Below are positions 1 through 10,190 of a stretch of DNA of 64,000 nucleotides, one piece after another. The DNA comes from Pirellulales bacterium (GTDB lineage Bacteria; Planctomycetota; Planctomycetia; Pirellulales; JAICIG01). The notes beneath the pieces were generated by a model. The model searched no databases. It had not been told where the DNA came from and saw only the letters and a list, made by a program, of their open reading frames with translations. Position 1 is the stretch's first letter. Every line of letters starts with the position of its first letter. A program made the translations under genes and the position numbers. The stretch is taken from the NCBI GenBank assembly GCA_040901675.1, contig JBBDYJ010000025.1, positions 287,943 to 351,942 of the forward strand, read 5' to 3'.

Positions 1-27
1 GACGCAGGTTCAGATTGGAGACTTCTT

Positions 28-249
28 ATGCCGTTGTATGAGTACCTGTGCGCCGGGTGCGGCGGCGGGTTCGAGCTGCTGGTCCGCGGAACTGAAGAGC
101 CGGCCTGCCCCGAGTGCGGCGATAATCGGTTGGAAAAGCAGTTCAGCGTGCCGGCGGCCCACGTGCAAGGCAAGTCGAGCCTGCCGATGGCCGAGCTGCC
201 TCAGGGCTGCGGCCGGCCGGGCTGTGGCCCTGGCGGCTGCGCCATGTAG
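28..249 (+). CDS. FmdB-family zinc-ribbon protein
   Basis: MPLYEYxCxxCG...CPxCG...KQFS pattern, Cys/Gly tail, GGAG upstream. Confidence 0.85.
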   Translation: MPLYEYLCAGCGGGFELLVRGTEEPACPECGDNRLEKQFSVPAAHVQGKSSLPMAELPQGCGRPGCGPGGCAM

Positions 250-364
250 CGCTCCGCGTGAGGAAGCCCGTCACGCGGAGCGTGACGGCTACTATCCAGG
301 TTGGATAGACGACCGGCCGCAAACGCGGCGTTCTTCAAGCACCTTCTCCCGCTCCCCCTTCCGC

Positions 365-1333
365 TTAGGGGAAGGCGGAGACGGCACCAGTGACGGCGCC
401 TGCCTGCAAGGCGGCCCCTCGCAGGCTGATCGGCACCGGGCCGATGGTGTAAGGAGCGCAGCTTCCGGGCCGGTAGTAGCCCAAGGGATAGACGCACTCC
501 CAGGGCGCTTCGACTCCCATCTTGTAGGGGAGCAAGGGAACCGTGGCAAAGAAGTGGGCGCTGGAGAAGACCGGCTGCAGCACCGGTCCCCAGGAGTGGG
601 CATAGCGCTCGACGCCTGCCTGCTCGAAGTAGAGTGGCTTGTGGCAGAGCCCCGACGCCTTCCACGTGTACGTGGTCATTGCCCAGGAGCGGGACGCGAA
701 CGGTTCGTCGCCCAGCGGGCACTCGCGGGGAAACTCGCCCGGCTGGGCCGTGATGCGGTTGGTAATCTCGCCGATGCGCTTCAGATCGCCCGGCGTGGGG
801 CAATCCTGCTCTTCCAGCCTGGGCGCCTGGGCAAACTCGTCCATGGGAACTTCGGATTCGTCGTCGTAGGGGGGGACGAGCGGTGGCGGGGGACTATCGA
901 GCCGCCGTGGCGGCGTCTCGGGCTCCTGCGAGCCGATGAACAGCTTCAACTGCGAGGGGCGCTGCCCCGGACTGCCGTCCTCAAAGGGATCACTGAAAGG
1001 ATCGTTTTCGCCACCCGCCGCCTTGGTAAGGATGATCGTAGCCGGCGGCGAGCTGGTGGAATGGTGCACGAGACGGCGCGCAGCAATCGCCTGCCTGGGA
1101 GTGGCTTTTTCGGCAAGCGGCTTGGAGTGCGACTGGTCGCCCAACCGCGCCGGCTCGCCGCGAGCCGCGCTGCGCCACTTCAGCCCGTCCGATTCCTTGA
1201 GCGCGCCGGCCGTCCGGGCGGTCGCGCGGACCGAGGCGGATCGGGGCGGCGAGCTGCCGGCCGACGCCTTCCACTGCCCGGCGTGAGCAGGCGCCAGCAG
1301 TGCATCGAGGCCGAACACCGCCACGCCCAGCAT
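365..1333 (-). CDS. Hypothetical exported protein (planctomycete-type, WKASGLCHKPLYFE C-terminal domain); start uncertain
   Basis: Signal-like N-terminus; conserved-looking C-terminus CHKPLYFE...ERY...LPYKMG...LGYYRPG. Confidence 0.65.
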   Translation of the reverse strand: MLGVAVFGLDALLAPAHAGQWKASAGSSPPRSASVRATARTAGALKESDGLKWRSAARGEPARLGDQSHSKPLAEKATPRQAIAARRLVHHSTSSPPATIILTKAAGGENDPFSDPFEDGSPGQRPSQLKLFIGSQEPETPPRRLDSPPPPLVPPYDDESEVPMDEFAQAPRLEEQDCPTPGDLKRIGEITNRITAQPGEFPRECPLGDEPFASRSWAMTTYTWKASGLCHKPLYFEQAGVERYAHSWGPVLQPVFSSAHFFATVPLLPYKMGVEAPWECVYPLGYYRPGSCAPYTIGPVPISLRGAALQAGAVTGAVSAFP

Positions 1334-1385
1334 CAGCCAGCGGCCGGCGAAGCGGGCCGCCGTGCCGGCCGGCCGGCCGTGCCGG

Positions 1386-2867
1386 TCAATCGTTGCCGCC
1401 CGCGGCGTACTCGGTGGTGTAGTTGGGTGCTTCCTGCGTAATGGCGATGTCATGTGGGTGGCTCTCCCGCACGCTGGCCGGTGAAACCTGTATGAATCTC
1501 GAATCCTTCCTCAATTCATCGATGTTGCGGGCGCCGCAATAACCCATGCCGGCACGCAGGCCGCCCACGAGCTGATACACGAACGCGCTCAACGGTCCAC
1601 GGAACGGCACCCGGCCTTCGACCCCTTCGGGCACCAGCTTGGCCACGCCGCGCTCGCCCGTCCGCTGCCGATAACGTTCGCTCGAACCCTGGACCATGGC
1701 TCCCATCGAGCCCATTCCCCGATAAATCTTGTACGAGCGGCCCTGGTACAGGATCTGTTCGCCGGGGCTCTCGAGCAGCCCGGCAAACAGCCCGCCGATC
1801 ATCACCACCGAAGCGCCGGCCGCGATGGCCTTGGTCAGATCGCCCGAATAACGCACTCCTCCGTCGGCAATAATCGGCACGCCGCTGGCCTGGGCAGCCC
1901 GGGAGGCCTGGTAAATCGCGGTGATCTGCGGCACGCCCACGCCGGAAATGACCCGCGTGGTGCAGATCGAGCCGGGTCCGATGCCCACCTTGACGGCGTC
2001 GGCGCCGGCCGCGATCAGGTCCAAGCATCCCTGCTGCGTGGCCACGTTGCCGGCCACCACTTCGATATCCCAGCGTTTCTTGATCTCGCGGAGCGTCTCG
2101 ACGACGTTGGCCGAATGCCCGTGGGCGCTATCGACGACCAGCACGTCGACGTCCTTGGCGATCAAGCTTTCCACGCGCTCGTATTCGTACACTCCCACGG
2201 CGGCGCCGACCCTCAACCTGCCTTGCCTATCTTTGCAGGCATTGGGAAAACGCCGCATCTTGTCGATGTCTTTGATCGTAATCAGGCCGGTCAGTCTCTT
2301 ATTTTCGTCCACCAGCAAAAGTTTCTCGACCTTATTTGCCATCAGGATCTTTTCAGCTTGCTCAAGCGTTACAGTCCCCGTGGCCGTTACCAGGTGCTCG
2401 CGGGTCATCACCTCGGAGATCGGCAGGTCGGAGCGCTCCAGAAACCTGAGGTCGCGGCGGGTGAGAATGCCCACCAGCCGTCCGCCCCCGCTGGTGATGG
2501 GCACGCCGGAAACGTTGTGCTGGGCCATGATTTCACGCGCCCGGCCCACGGTGGCCTCCGGCGGCAGCGTGACCGGATCGAAGATAATGCCGTTGGCGCT
2601 GCGTTTGACCTTGTCGACCTCATCGGTCTGGTTGGCCACCGACATGTTCTTGTGGATGACGCCCAAGCCTCCTTCCTGCGCCAGGGCGATGGCCATGTTG
2701 CTCTCGGTGACCGTGTCCATGGGCGAGCTCAACAGCGGGATGTTGAGCTTGATCCGCCTGGTCAACTGCGTGCTCACGTCGCAGTCGGCCGGAACCACGT
2801 CGCTGTAGCGTGGCTCCAACAGTACGTCGTCGAAAGTGATGCCAAGGTAGTTGAGCTTATCGTCCAT
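1386..2867 (-). CDS. guaB: IMP dehydrogenase
   Basis: TFDDVLL, CBS pair, catalytic [23 protein letters not shown]. Confidence 0.97.
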   Translation of the reverse strand: MDDKLNYLGITFDDVLLEPRYSDVVPADCDVSTQLTRRIKLNIPLLSSPMDTVTESNMAIALAQEGGLGVIHKNMSVANQTDEVDKVKRSANGIIFDPVTLPPEATVGRAREIMAQHNVSGVPITSGGGRLVGILTRRDLRFLERSDLPISEVMTREHLVTATGTVTLEQAEKILMANKVEKLLLVDENKRLTGLITIKDIDKMRRFPNACKDRQGRLRVGAAVGVYEYERVESLIAKDVDVLVVDSAHGHSANVVETLREIKKRWDIEVVAGNVATQQGCLDLIAAGADAVKVGIGPGSICTTRVISGVGVPQITAIYQASRAAQASGVPIIADGGVRYSGDLTKAIAAGASVVMIGGLFAGLLESPGEQILYQGRSYKIYRGMGSMGAMVQGSSERYRQRTGERGVAKLVPEGVEGRVPFRGPLSAFVYQLVGGLRAGMGYCGARNIDELRKDSRFIQVSPASVRESHPHDIAITQEAPNYTTEYAAGGND

Positions 2868-2940
2868 GGCGGACCTTTCCATGGTGCGGGAGGCCAAATA
2901 GCCATTATGGCGCCTGCCGGGCAGATTGACCAGGAGCACT

Positions 2941-3250
2941 GAAGGCAGAAGGCAGAAGGCAGAAGGCAGTGATGCGGCCGGGTGGCTGGGGCAAAGCGGA
3001 CTTCGGCGAGCTCAGTCGAGTCGTAGCGTGCCCCAGAGTCAGTGGTCGGTGGTCAGTGGACAGGGGTCGGAAGCAGTGATGCGGCCGGGTGGCTGGGGCA
3101 AAGCGGTAGCGTGCCCCAGTCTTTCCGCCTTCTGCCTTTTCCCCGGTGCCTGGTGGCAAAGCGTCAGCGTGCCCCAGTTCTCGCGCCTTGTGCCCTGTAT
3201 TCCTCCTTCTGCCTTCGTCCTTCTGCCTTCCTCCTTCGTCCTTCTGCCTT
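2941..3250. repeat. Intergenic cluster of GAAGGCA/CCTTCTG heptamer tandems and three CTGGGGCA...TGCCCCAG-type REP-like hairpins
   Basis: Repeats visible directly; related GGCAAAGCG-n-AGCGTGCCCCAG units recur near 8150, 21180, 38590 and 45250. Confidence 0.8.
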
Positions 3251-3259
3251 CCCCCGCTC

Positions 3260-4651
3260 CTACTCCAGTGCCGCCACGGCGGACACCAGGTCCTGGTCCT
3301 GGCGGGCAAAAACGGTCCGCAAGTCGAGATAGACCCGGTCGTGCTGTACGCGCCCCACCACCGCTGTCGCTCCCGAGCGCAGACGGGCGGCCAGGCGGTC
3401 CACGCCCGATCCGCCGGCCGGCGTCAACGCCACGCACCAGGTCGGAACTTCCTGGGTTGGCACCGAACCGCCGCCCAGATAGGTGACGTCGCGCACCGCC
3501 TCGGCCGAGGCCACCGCGGCCGTATGGGCCATCTGCGGGGCCAGCCGCTGGGCCCGGCTTTCCAGGTTTTCCAGCGACGTGCTCAGCAATTGCAAAAGCG
3601 GGATCGCGCGGCGGGCCCGGGACGGATCGCGATACAGCCGCAATGTCGCCTCCAGGGCCGCCAGCGTCAGCTTGTCGACCCGCAAAGCGCGCGTCAGCGG
3701 ATGCCGGGCGATCGTCTCGACAAGCGATCGCTTGCCGATGACGACTCCGCATTGCGGCCCCCCCAACAGCTTGTCGCCGCTGAACAGCACGAGGTCGGCC
3801 CCTTCGGCAATGCTCTGGGCGGCCATCGGTTCGTCGCGGCAGCCGAACTGGGAAAAATCGATCAGAGCACCCGAGCCGATGTCGTGGACCACCGGCAGCC
3901 GGTCCGGGCGGGCCAGCCGGACCAGCTCGCCCAGCGAAACAGCCGCCGTGAACCCTACCACCACGAAGTTGCTGGGATGCACCAGCAGCAACGCGCCGGT
4001 GTTGGCCCCGATCGCCCGCGAGTAGTCATCCAGGTGCGTCTTGTTGGTCGTGCCCACCTCGCGCAGGATGGCGCCGCTGGCGGCCATGACGTCGGGCAGC
4101 CGGTAACTGCCGCCGATTTCGATCAACTGCCCTCGCGACACGATCACTTCGCGGCCGGCGGCCAGGGCGGCCAGCGTCAACATGGTGGCCCCGGCATTGT
4201 TGTTGACCACCAAGGCCGCCTCCGCCCCGGTGAGCTCCCTGAGCAATCCTTCGACCGCCACCACGCGCTGCGAGCGGCGGCCCGTAGGCAGGTCGAGCTC
4301 GACGCTGGCATAGTCGCGGGCCACGGCCGTCATGGCGCTGATCGCCTCATCGGCCAGCGGCGCCCGGCCGAGACCGGTGTGCAGCAGCACGCCGGTGGCG
4401 TTGATCACGGGCCGCAGCGCGGGCGTGTCGGCCTCCAGGATGCGATGCGCGATTCGTTCGGCCAGCTCCATCACGCCCGGCAGTTTGACCTCGGCCCGCG
4501 CGGTCTGGACTTCGCTGCGGACGTCGTCGAGGAACGACCGCACGCGGCCCACCACTACGTTGTGGCTGACCCGGTCGACCAGCGACTTCAACGGCGGGCT
4601 TTCCAGCAGCTCGCTGACCGAGGGGAGGTTTCTCAAAACGTTGCCGGCCAT
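3260..4651 (-). CDS. selA: L-seryl-tRNA(Sec) selenium transferase
   Basis: VINATGVLLHTGLGRA, VNNNAGA, SRGQLIEIGGSYR, PLP-lysine motif FSGDKLLGGPQ; next to selB. Confidence 0.96.
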   Translation of the reverse strand: MAGNVLRNLPSVSELLESPPLKSLVDRVSHNVVVGRVRSFLDDVRSEVQTARAEVKLPGVMELAERIAHRILEADTPALRPVINATGVLLHTGLGRAPLADEAISAMTAVARDYASVELDLPTGRRSQRVVAVEGLLRELTGAEAALVVNNNAGATMLTLAALAAGREVIVSRGQLIEIGGSYRLPDVMAASGAILREVGTTNKTHLDDYSRAIGANTGALLLVHPSNFVVVGFTAAVSLGELVRLARPDRLPVVHDIGSGALIDFSQFGCRDEPMAAQSIAEGADLVLFSGDKLLGGPQCGVVIGKRSLVETIARHPLTRALRVDKLTLAALEATLRLYRDPSRARRAIPLLQLLSTSLENLESRAQRLAPQMAHTAAVASAEAVRDVTYLGGGSVPTQEVPTWCVALTPAGGSGVDRLAARLRSGATAVVGRVQHDRVYLDLRTVFARQDQDLVSAVAALE

Positions 4652-4688
4652 GGTTTGGTTCCTGAAATCAAAAGGAGCTTGCGGTTGG

Positions 4689-6662
4689 TCAATGCTGGCT
4701 GGGGGTGGCGGCCGGCTGGCCGGCGGGCAGTGTCTCGGCGCCCGGTTCGGCCAACCATCGAACGTCCCCTTCCCGGCGAGTGAAACCGGTCCGGTCCAGG
4801 TATTCGCAGATCGGCACGGCATACTTGCGGCTGGTGCCGAGGATCTCGCGGATCTGGCTCACGGTAAGGCCGCTGCCCGCGGCGAAGTGGTCCCGCAGTG
4901 TGCCGCGAAGCCGCTCGGATACCTCGGCGTGCAGGAAAAAACCGGCCGCGATCTCGATCAGGTGCCCTTCGGCGGCCGCCAGGGCGATCAATTGCGGCAC
5001 GACCGCCTGGTTCCTGGGCGCCTGGGCCTTGATTTCTTCCACCGTGGGCGGCTGGTAGCCCGCCTCGCGGTACGTCTCGATAATCTGGCCGACCAGCTTC
5101 TGCTCGTTGTTGGTCATTTGAGGGCCGCGGCCGGGCAGGGCCACTCCCCGTTCGTTCGAGCGAAGACGGCCCGCGCGGGTCATCGATGCCAGCAGCGCCT
5201 CGACCACCGAATCCGGGCCGAGATAGGCGAGGCGGTTGATCAGGCGAGACCGGTCGAGCATGGCCCGCAACGGATGCTGCTGGTGCTCCTTGTCGAGGAT
5301 CGCTTCGATACGTTCGAAAAGATCGGCCAAAAACAGCCGGTGTACCCGCATCGTCCGGCTGGGCGACACCACCACGTCCTCGAACTCGCCGCGGGCCGCC
5401 AACCGCTCGACGATGGCGGCCGGGTCGTCGACGCCCGCCGCGCGCGACAGGTCGGCCGGCTGCCAGTCCCGCAGGCCGAAGAACGAGAGCGCGGCCGAGG
5501 CCCGCTCGACCGGATCGGTGGCGCCCAGACCGGCCACGCGGTCGAGCACCGCCCGCCGGCCGCGAGCCAGCCGCAGAGCGTGCGGGTCGAGCACCTGTCC
5601 GCCGCCGATGGTGACCACCGGCGACTCGCTACGAATCACCAGCGGCTGGCCCCAAGTGGCGACCGCCGGCTCGTTCAGAAAAAGCTGCGCCGGCGCCGTG
5701 TCGCCGGGCTCCAGGCGGTCGCGGTCCAAGAGCACGACGGCGGCCATCAGCTCGGCCGTGCCGAGGTGACAGCGGACGCGGGCCCGGTTTTTCAAGGCCT
5801 TGCCGGCCCCCGGCAGCAGGTTGAGCCGCACGGTGACCAGGCGGCTGGGCACCAGGTAGCCGGGCGTGGCCAGTTCCTGGCCGCGGCGGATTTCGCCATG
5901 GTGCACGCCGGCTAGATTGATAGCGGCCCGCTGTCCCCGGTGCACTTCGTCGGCGGGCCGATCGTGGTTGTGCAGGCCGCGGACGCGAACGCGCACGCCT
6001 CCCGGCTCCAGCAGCAGCTCGTCCCCCACCCGAACCTTTCCGCTGGCTACGCTGCCGGTGACAACAGTGCCATGACCGGCGATGGTAAAGCTGCGATCGA
6101 CGGCCAGCCGGAAGGGCCCGCTTTGCCGCTGGCGGCGAGGCGAGGCGGCCGCTTTGCGGGCGGCCGCCTCGAGCGCCTGGCGCAGCAGGTCGATTCCCTG
6201 CCCGCTGTGTACGCTGGTGCGGACCACCGGGGCCGACTCCAAAAAGGTGCCTTCGACCAGGTCGCGGATCTCTTCCTCGACCAGGTCGATCCAGTCCGGC
6301 TCGGGCAGGTCGCACTTGGTCAGGGCAACCAGGCCGGTATCCAGCTCGAGCAGCCGCAGAATCTCCAGGTGCTCGCGGGTTTGAGGTTTGACCGAGTCGT
6401 CGGCGGCCACGACGAGCAGGGCCAGGTCGATGCCGGTGGCGCCGGCCAGCATGTTGCGGACGAAGCGCTCGTGTCCGGGGACGTCGACGATGCCCAGGCG
6501 GCAATCGCCTAGCTCGAGGTGGGCAAAGCCCAATTCGATGGTGATTCCCCGCAGTTTTTCCTCGGGCAGGCGGTCGGTATCCACGCCCGTCAGCGCCTTG
6601 ACCAGGGCGGTCTTGCCATGATCGATGTGACCGGCCGTGCCGAGGATCAGGTCGATGGCCAT
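4689..6662 (-). CDS. selB: Selenocysteine-specific elongation factor
   Basis: [29 protein letters not shown]-terminal winged helix [13 protein letters not shown]. Confidence 0.96.
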   Translation of the reverse strand: MAIDLILGTAGHIDHGKTALVKALTGVDTDRLPEEKLRGITIELGFAHLELGDCRLGIVDVPGHERFVRNMLAGATGIDLALLVVAADDSVKPQTREHLEILRLLELDTGLVALTKCDLPEPDWIDLVEEEIRDLVEGTFLESAPVVRTSVHSGQGIDLLRQALEAAARKAAASPRRQRQSGPFRLAVDRSFTIAGHGTVVTGSVASGKVRVGDELLLEPGGVRVRVRGLHNHDRPADEVHRGQRAAINLAGVHHGEIRRGQELATPGYLVPSRLVTVRLNLLPGAGKALKNRARVRCHLGTAELMAAVVLLDRDRLEPGDTAPAQLFLNEPAVATWGQPLVIRSESPVVTIGGGQVLDPHALRLARGRRAVLDRVAGLGATDPVERASAALSFFGLRDWQPADLSRAAGVDDPAAIVERLAARGEFEDVVVSPSRTMRVHRLFLADLFERIEAILDKEHQQHPLRAMLDRSRLINRLAYLGPDSVVEALLASMTRAGRLRSNERGVALPGRGPQMTNNEQKLVGQIIETYREAGYQPPTVEEIKAQAPRNQAVVPQLIALAAAEGHLIEIAAGFFLHAEVSERLRGTLRDHFAAGSGLTVSQIREILGTSRKYAVPICEYLDRTGFTRREGDVRWLAEPGAETLPAGQPAATPSQH

Positions 6663-6682
6663 GAGGCCATTGTCCAGAGGCT

Positions 6683-6862
6683 AGAGCCCAGAGTCCAGAG
6701 TCAGGAGTCAGGAGTCAGCAGTCAGCAGTCAGAGGACAGAGGTCAGAGGACAGAGGTCAGAAATCAGAGGTCAGACGACCCCCGGTCGTCTTCGTTCCCC
6801 TTGTCGCCCTGTCGCCTTGTCGTAGGTGCCCTGTCCCCCTGTCCCCTTGTCGCCTTGTCGGG
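6683..6862. repeat. Heptamer (TCAGAGG-like) and octamer (CCTTGTCG-like) tandem repeats
   Basis: Imperfect tandem units between the sigma gene and selB. Confidence 0.7.
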
Positions 6863-6866
6863 CGCC

Positions 6867-7433
6867 TTAGGCGGTCGGGCCGGTGCCGGCGCGGCGCATC
6901 TTCTCGCGGGCGCGGCTGAGCGTGGGCCCGACGCTGTTCTCGGGCATGCCGACCACGGAGCTGATTTCCTCGTACGACTTGCCTTCGAGATGGTACATGC
7001 GGACCACTTCGGCCTCGCGTCCTTCCAGCTCTTCGAGCAACCGCTCGACTTCGTCGCGATCGCTGACCCGCTGCTCCGGCTGGCCGTCGTTCTGGACGGC
7101 GGGGTTGGCCGGCGCGAGCCGGGCGGCGCTTTTTCGCTCGAGCAGCTCCCGCACGACAATCCGCCGAGCGACGACGGTCAGGTAGGTGGCCAGGCTGCTC
7201 TGGCCCCGGAAGTGCCGCAAGATGGCGAAATCGTCCTTGATCAGGGCCAGAAAGACCTCCGCGCACAGGTCTTCGCGATCTTCGGGCGAAAGCCGAATCG
7301 AGCGGGATTGGGCCGAGTGGTTGGTCACGTGCACCACCAATCCCAGGAAGCGGTCGACAAAGTCTTCCCAAGCCCTCGGCTTGCGGGCCAGGCAACGCTC
7401 CAGCAAATTGCGGTCGATTTCAGAAAGGGCCAC
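6867..7433 (-). CDS. ECF-type sigma-70 factor
   Basis: Region 2 (EDLCAEVF...SLATYLTVVARR) and region 4 (SYEEIS..VGMPENSVGPTLSRAR). Confidence 0.9.
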   Translation of the reverse strand: MALSEIDRNLLERCLARKPRAWEDFVDRFLGLVVHVTNHSAQSRSIRLSPEDREDLCAEVFLALIKDDFAILRHFRGQSSLATYLTVVARRIVVRELLERKSAARLAPANPAVQNDGQPEQRVSDRDEVERLLEELEGREAEVVRMYHLEGKSYEEISSVVGMPENSVGPTLSRAREKMRRAGTGPTA

Positions 7434-7663
7434 GACTCGGTACCCTCACAGCGGCGAACTTGGTCGGGGCAAATCCTTGCCATGGAACAACGCAGACCGG
7501 ACGCGGAGATGACTGGCCAGTCTGTCGAAGGCTCGCCAAGCCCTCAAATCGCTCAACCCACTGATTTTAGAGCGAATCGCAAACCGAGGCAAGCCTGAAG
7601 ACAAAACAGGCCGCCCCTGGAACAGTGGATTTTTTGACGCTCGGCGGCGGCCCCAAGCGCGGC

Positions 7664-7692
7664 TTGACTTGAAGTTGGGCCCTTCTTACGAT
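7664..7692 (+). promoter_or_regulatory. Sigma-70-like promoter upstream of the ferredoxin gene
   Basis: TTGACT-17 nt-TACGAT. Confidence 0.6.
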
Positions 7693-7817
7693 TCCGGTAG
7701 GTAGCGGTCCTCTTCGACGTTCAAGTAGTTCACAGCTAAGCACTTGACACTAATTTTAGGCGGGTGTCGAATACCCCCTTTGCCGGCGCTTTCAAGCGAA
7801 ACAGGAGAAACTTCTCG

Positions 7818-8099
7818 ATGACCCACGTCGTTGCCGAGCCGTGTTTTGGCTGCAAGTACACCGATTGCGTGGTGGTCTGCCCGGTCGAGTGCTTCTACGA
7901 AGGCGAGAAGATGCTGTACATCCATCCGGATGAGTGCATCGACTGCGAGGCCTGCGTCCCAGAGTGTCCCGTGGAAGCCATCTTCCACGAAGACAACCTC
8001 CCCGAGGAGTGGAAGGACTTTACCGCCCTGAATGCCGAGATGTCGCCGCAGTGCCCAGTCATCACTGAGAAGAAAGAACCGCTCGCAGGAGCCGAGTAA
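7818..8099 (+). CDS. fdxA: 7Fe (FdxA-type) ferredoxin
   Basis: C...[14 protein letters not shown]...[29 protein letters not shown]. Confidence 0.9.
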   Translation: MTHVVAEPCFGCKYTDCVVVCPVECFYEGEKMLYIHPDECIDCEACVPECPVEAIFHEDNLPEEWKDFTALNAEMSPQCPVITEKKEPLAGAE

Positions 8100-8241
8100 C
8101 GGCGAAGGAGGAGGGAGGAATCAAGAATCAGCAACGCGCGGCGGGTGCCTGGTGGCAAAGCGTCAGCGTGCCCCAGTCTTTCCTCCTTCCTCTTTCTGCC
8201 TTCTGCCTTCTGCCTTCTGCCTTTTTCCTTCCGGCCGTCAG

Positions 8242-8877
8242 CTACTTCAGGTCGACCGACCAGTAGGCGCTGTCGAGGAAGCTCTTCCAGCTCTCGTACT
8301 TGGGATTGCCCAGCTTGATGCTCAACAGCGGGCTGCGCTTGGGGCGCGTCGGCTGGCGCACCAGGTGCATGTGGGCTTCCCGCGGCGTGCGGCCGCCTTT
8401 CTTGACGTTGCACTTCACGCAACTGCAGACGATGTTCTCCCAGCTCGTCTCGCCGCCGCGGCTGCGGGGGATGACGTGGTCCAGGCTCAGCTCGCTGGTC
8501 GCGAAGCGCCGCCCGCAATACTGGCAGTGGTTGGCGTCGCGGGCGAAGATGTTGCGCCGATTGAAGCGGATGGCTTGCTTGGGCAGGCGGTCGTAGAACA
8601 ACAGCCGGATCACGCGGGGAACCTGGATCTCGAAGTTGACGGCCCTGATCCAGTCTTCGTTGGGCTCCTTGAAGTTCGCCTTCAACTCGCTGATTTCCCG
8701 CCACGACTCGAAGTTGTAATTGGCGTACTGCCCCTGCTCGACGTGGACCACCTCGGCCAGCTCGCGGAACAAGAGCGTGAACGCCCTGCGGACGCTGACG
8801 ACGTGGACTGCCATGTAAAAGCGGTTCAACACCAAAACGCTCGCAGCCAGGGCATCGGCCGCCGCCACGCTCGACAT
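8242..8877 (-). CDS. HNH endonuclease (McrA-like)
   Basis: VLVLN, RRNIFARD..CQYCG...DHVIPRSRGG..WENIVCSCxxCNxxKG. Confidence 0.9.
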   Translation of the reverse strand: MSSVAAADALAASVLVLNRFYMAVHVVSVRRAFTLLFRELAEVVHVEQGQYANYNFESWREISELKANFKEPNEDWIRAVNFEIQVPRVIRLLFYDRLPKQAIRFNRRNIFARDANHCQYCGRRFATSELSLDHVIPRSRGGETSWENIVCSCVKCNVKKGGRTPREAHMHLVRQPTRPKRSPLLSIKLGNPKYESWKSFLDSAYWSVDLK

Positions 8878-9234
8878 ACACTCCTCCCAGGGACATCGAT
8901 CCAGTCGGGCCGGCACAGTCCGACCCGGACATGGTGATTCTAATCGTTCGGCCTTGCCACAGCCAGATCCGGCCCGTTACGCCGCCAACCGCGCCGGGGC
9001 CGGCCTAACCCCCCTTCGCCCTCCAGGCGATTCGGGTGCTGCCGGCGACAGTTTGTCAAGCGAAAACTTGAGCCGCGGAGGCGAAACCTGCCAACCAGCC
9101 CAGGCGGTCGAAATTTATGCCCAAGACGGCTTGCTCCCATTCGCGCATTGGCATTAGGATGAAAAACGACATAGCGGTTCGGCCTATTTCGGGGCGCGCG
9201 ACGGCGTTGCCCCAGGACTCGCGAGATTCGTCCC

Positions 9235-9534
9235 ATGATTCATTACTCGTGTGATCTTTGTAAGCGGACTCTCGACCCGGAAGATGATTTGCGCTACGTA
9301 GTCAAGCTGGAAGTGTATGCCGCCTTCGACCCCCTGGAGGTCGAGGAAGACAACGACAACCTGCAGGAGATCCACGAAATCCTGGAGCGGATGGACGACG
9401 CATCCAGCGAAGAGATCGGTGACGACGTGTACCAGCAATTGCGGTTCGATCTGTGCCCCGAGTGCCGCAAGAAGTTCCTCAAGAATCCGCTGGGCCGCAA
9501 GCCGATCGAGCACTTCGACTTCAGCAAGAACTGA
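9235..9534 (+). CDS. Small acidic protein with two CxxC motifs
   Basis: CDLC ... CPEC; coding-like codon usage. Confidence 0.75.
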   Translation: MIHYSCDLCKRTLDPEDDLRYVVKLEVYAAFDPLEVEEDNDNLQEIHEILERMDDASSEEIGDDVYQQLRFDLCPECRKKFLKNPLGRKPIEHFDFSKN

Positions 9535-9580
9535 CGGCTTCAGCCAGTATGGAGCGGCGCGCCGGCGGCGCGGCATTTTG

Positions 9581-10177
9581 ATGAGCCGGCGATTTCATCC
9601 CCCGCGGCGCCGCGGCGCCCTGGTGCTGGGCGTTGTTTTGGCGCTCGTGGCCGCGCGGGCTTGGCAGGCCTGGCGGCAGCCGGCGCCGCCTGAAAACCTG
9701 GCCGAGGGCCTGCACGCCGTGCGGCGCGTGGTCGACGGCGACACGCTGCTGCTGGCCGGCGGGGCGCGGGTGCGGCTGCTGGGCATCGACGCGCCGGAGA
9801 GCGTCAAGCCGGACCACGCAATCGAGCCCTGGGGCAAGGAGGCCAGCGACTTCAGCCGCCGATTCGTGGCCGCCGGGCCGGTGCGGCTGGAGTTCGACCG
9901 CGAACGCGTCGACCGTTACGGCCGGTTCCTGGCCTACGTCTGGGTCGAGGATCGGTTGTTGAATGAAGAGTTGGTCCGCGCCGGCCTGGCGCGGGCCGAG
10001 CCCCGCTATCGTTACTCGTCGTCCATGAAGCGCCGCTTCCAGCGCGCCCAGCAGGAGGCCCAGGCCCACCGCCGCGGAATCTGGAGCGATGCCACGCCGC
10101 CACCTTCACCCTCCACCGGCCACCTGCTAGAATCCGCACGCCAGCGGCAAATGAGCGGCGCGGTGGACAGGCCATGA
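9581..10177 (+). CDS. Membrane-anchored thermonuclease (SNase family)
   Basis: VVDGDT, VRLLGIDAPE, DRYGRFLAYV, NEELVRAGLA, RRGIWS. Confidence 0.9.
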   Translation: MSRRFHPPRRRGALVLGVVLALVAARAWQAWRQPAPPENLAEGLHAVRRVVDGDTLLLAGGARVRLLGIDAPESVKPDHAIEPWGKEASDFSRRFVAAGPVRLEFDRERVDRYGRFLAYVWVEDRLLNEELVRAGLARAEPRYRYSSSMKRRFQRAQQEAQAHRRGIWSDATPPPSPSTGHLLESARQRQMSGAVDRP

Positions 10178-10190
10178 GCGGGATGCTTTG

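Noticed and set aside
38..1441. Long + strand ORF (467 aa) and similar antisense ORFs across the window
   Set aside because: Typical GC-rich shadow frames opposite recognisable genes, with no motifs.
2868..7817. tRNA-Sec (selC) or a selenoprotein near selA/selB
   Set aside because: No cloverleaf with a TCA anticodon and no convincing in-frame TGA with conserved continuation found by eye.
8242..8877. HNH nuclease as a mobile or defence element
   Set aside because: Host-like GC and codon usage, no partner genes or element ends.
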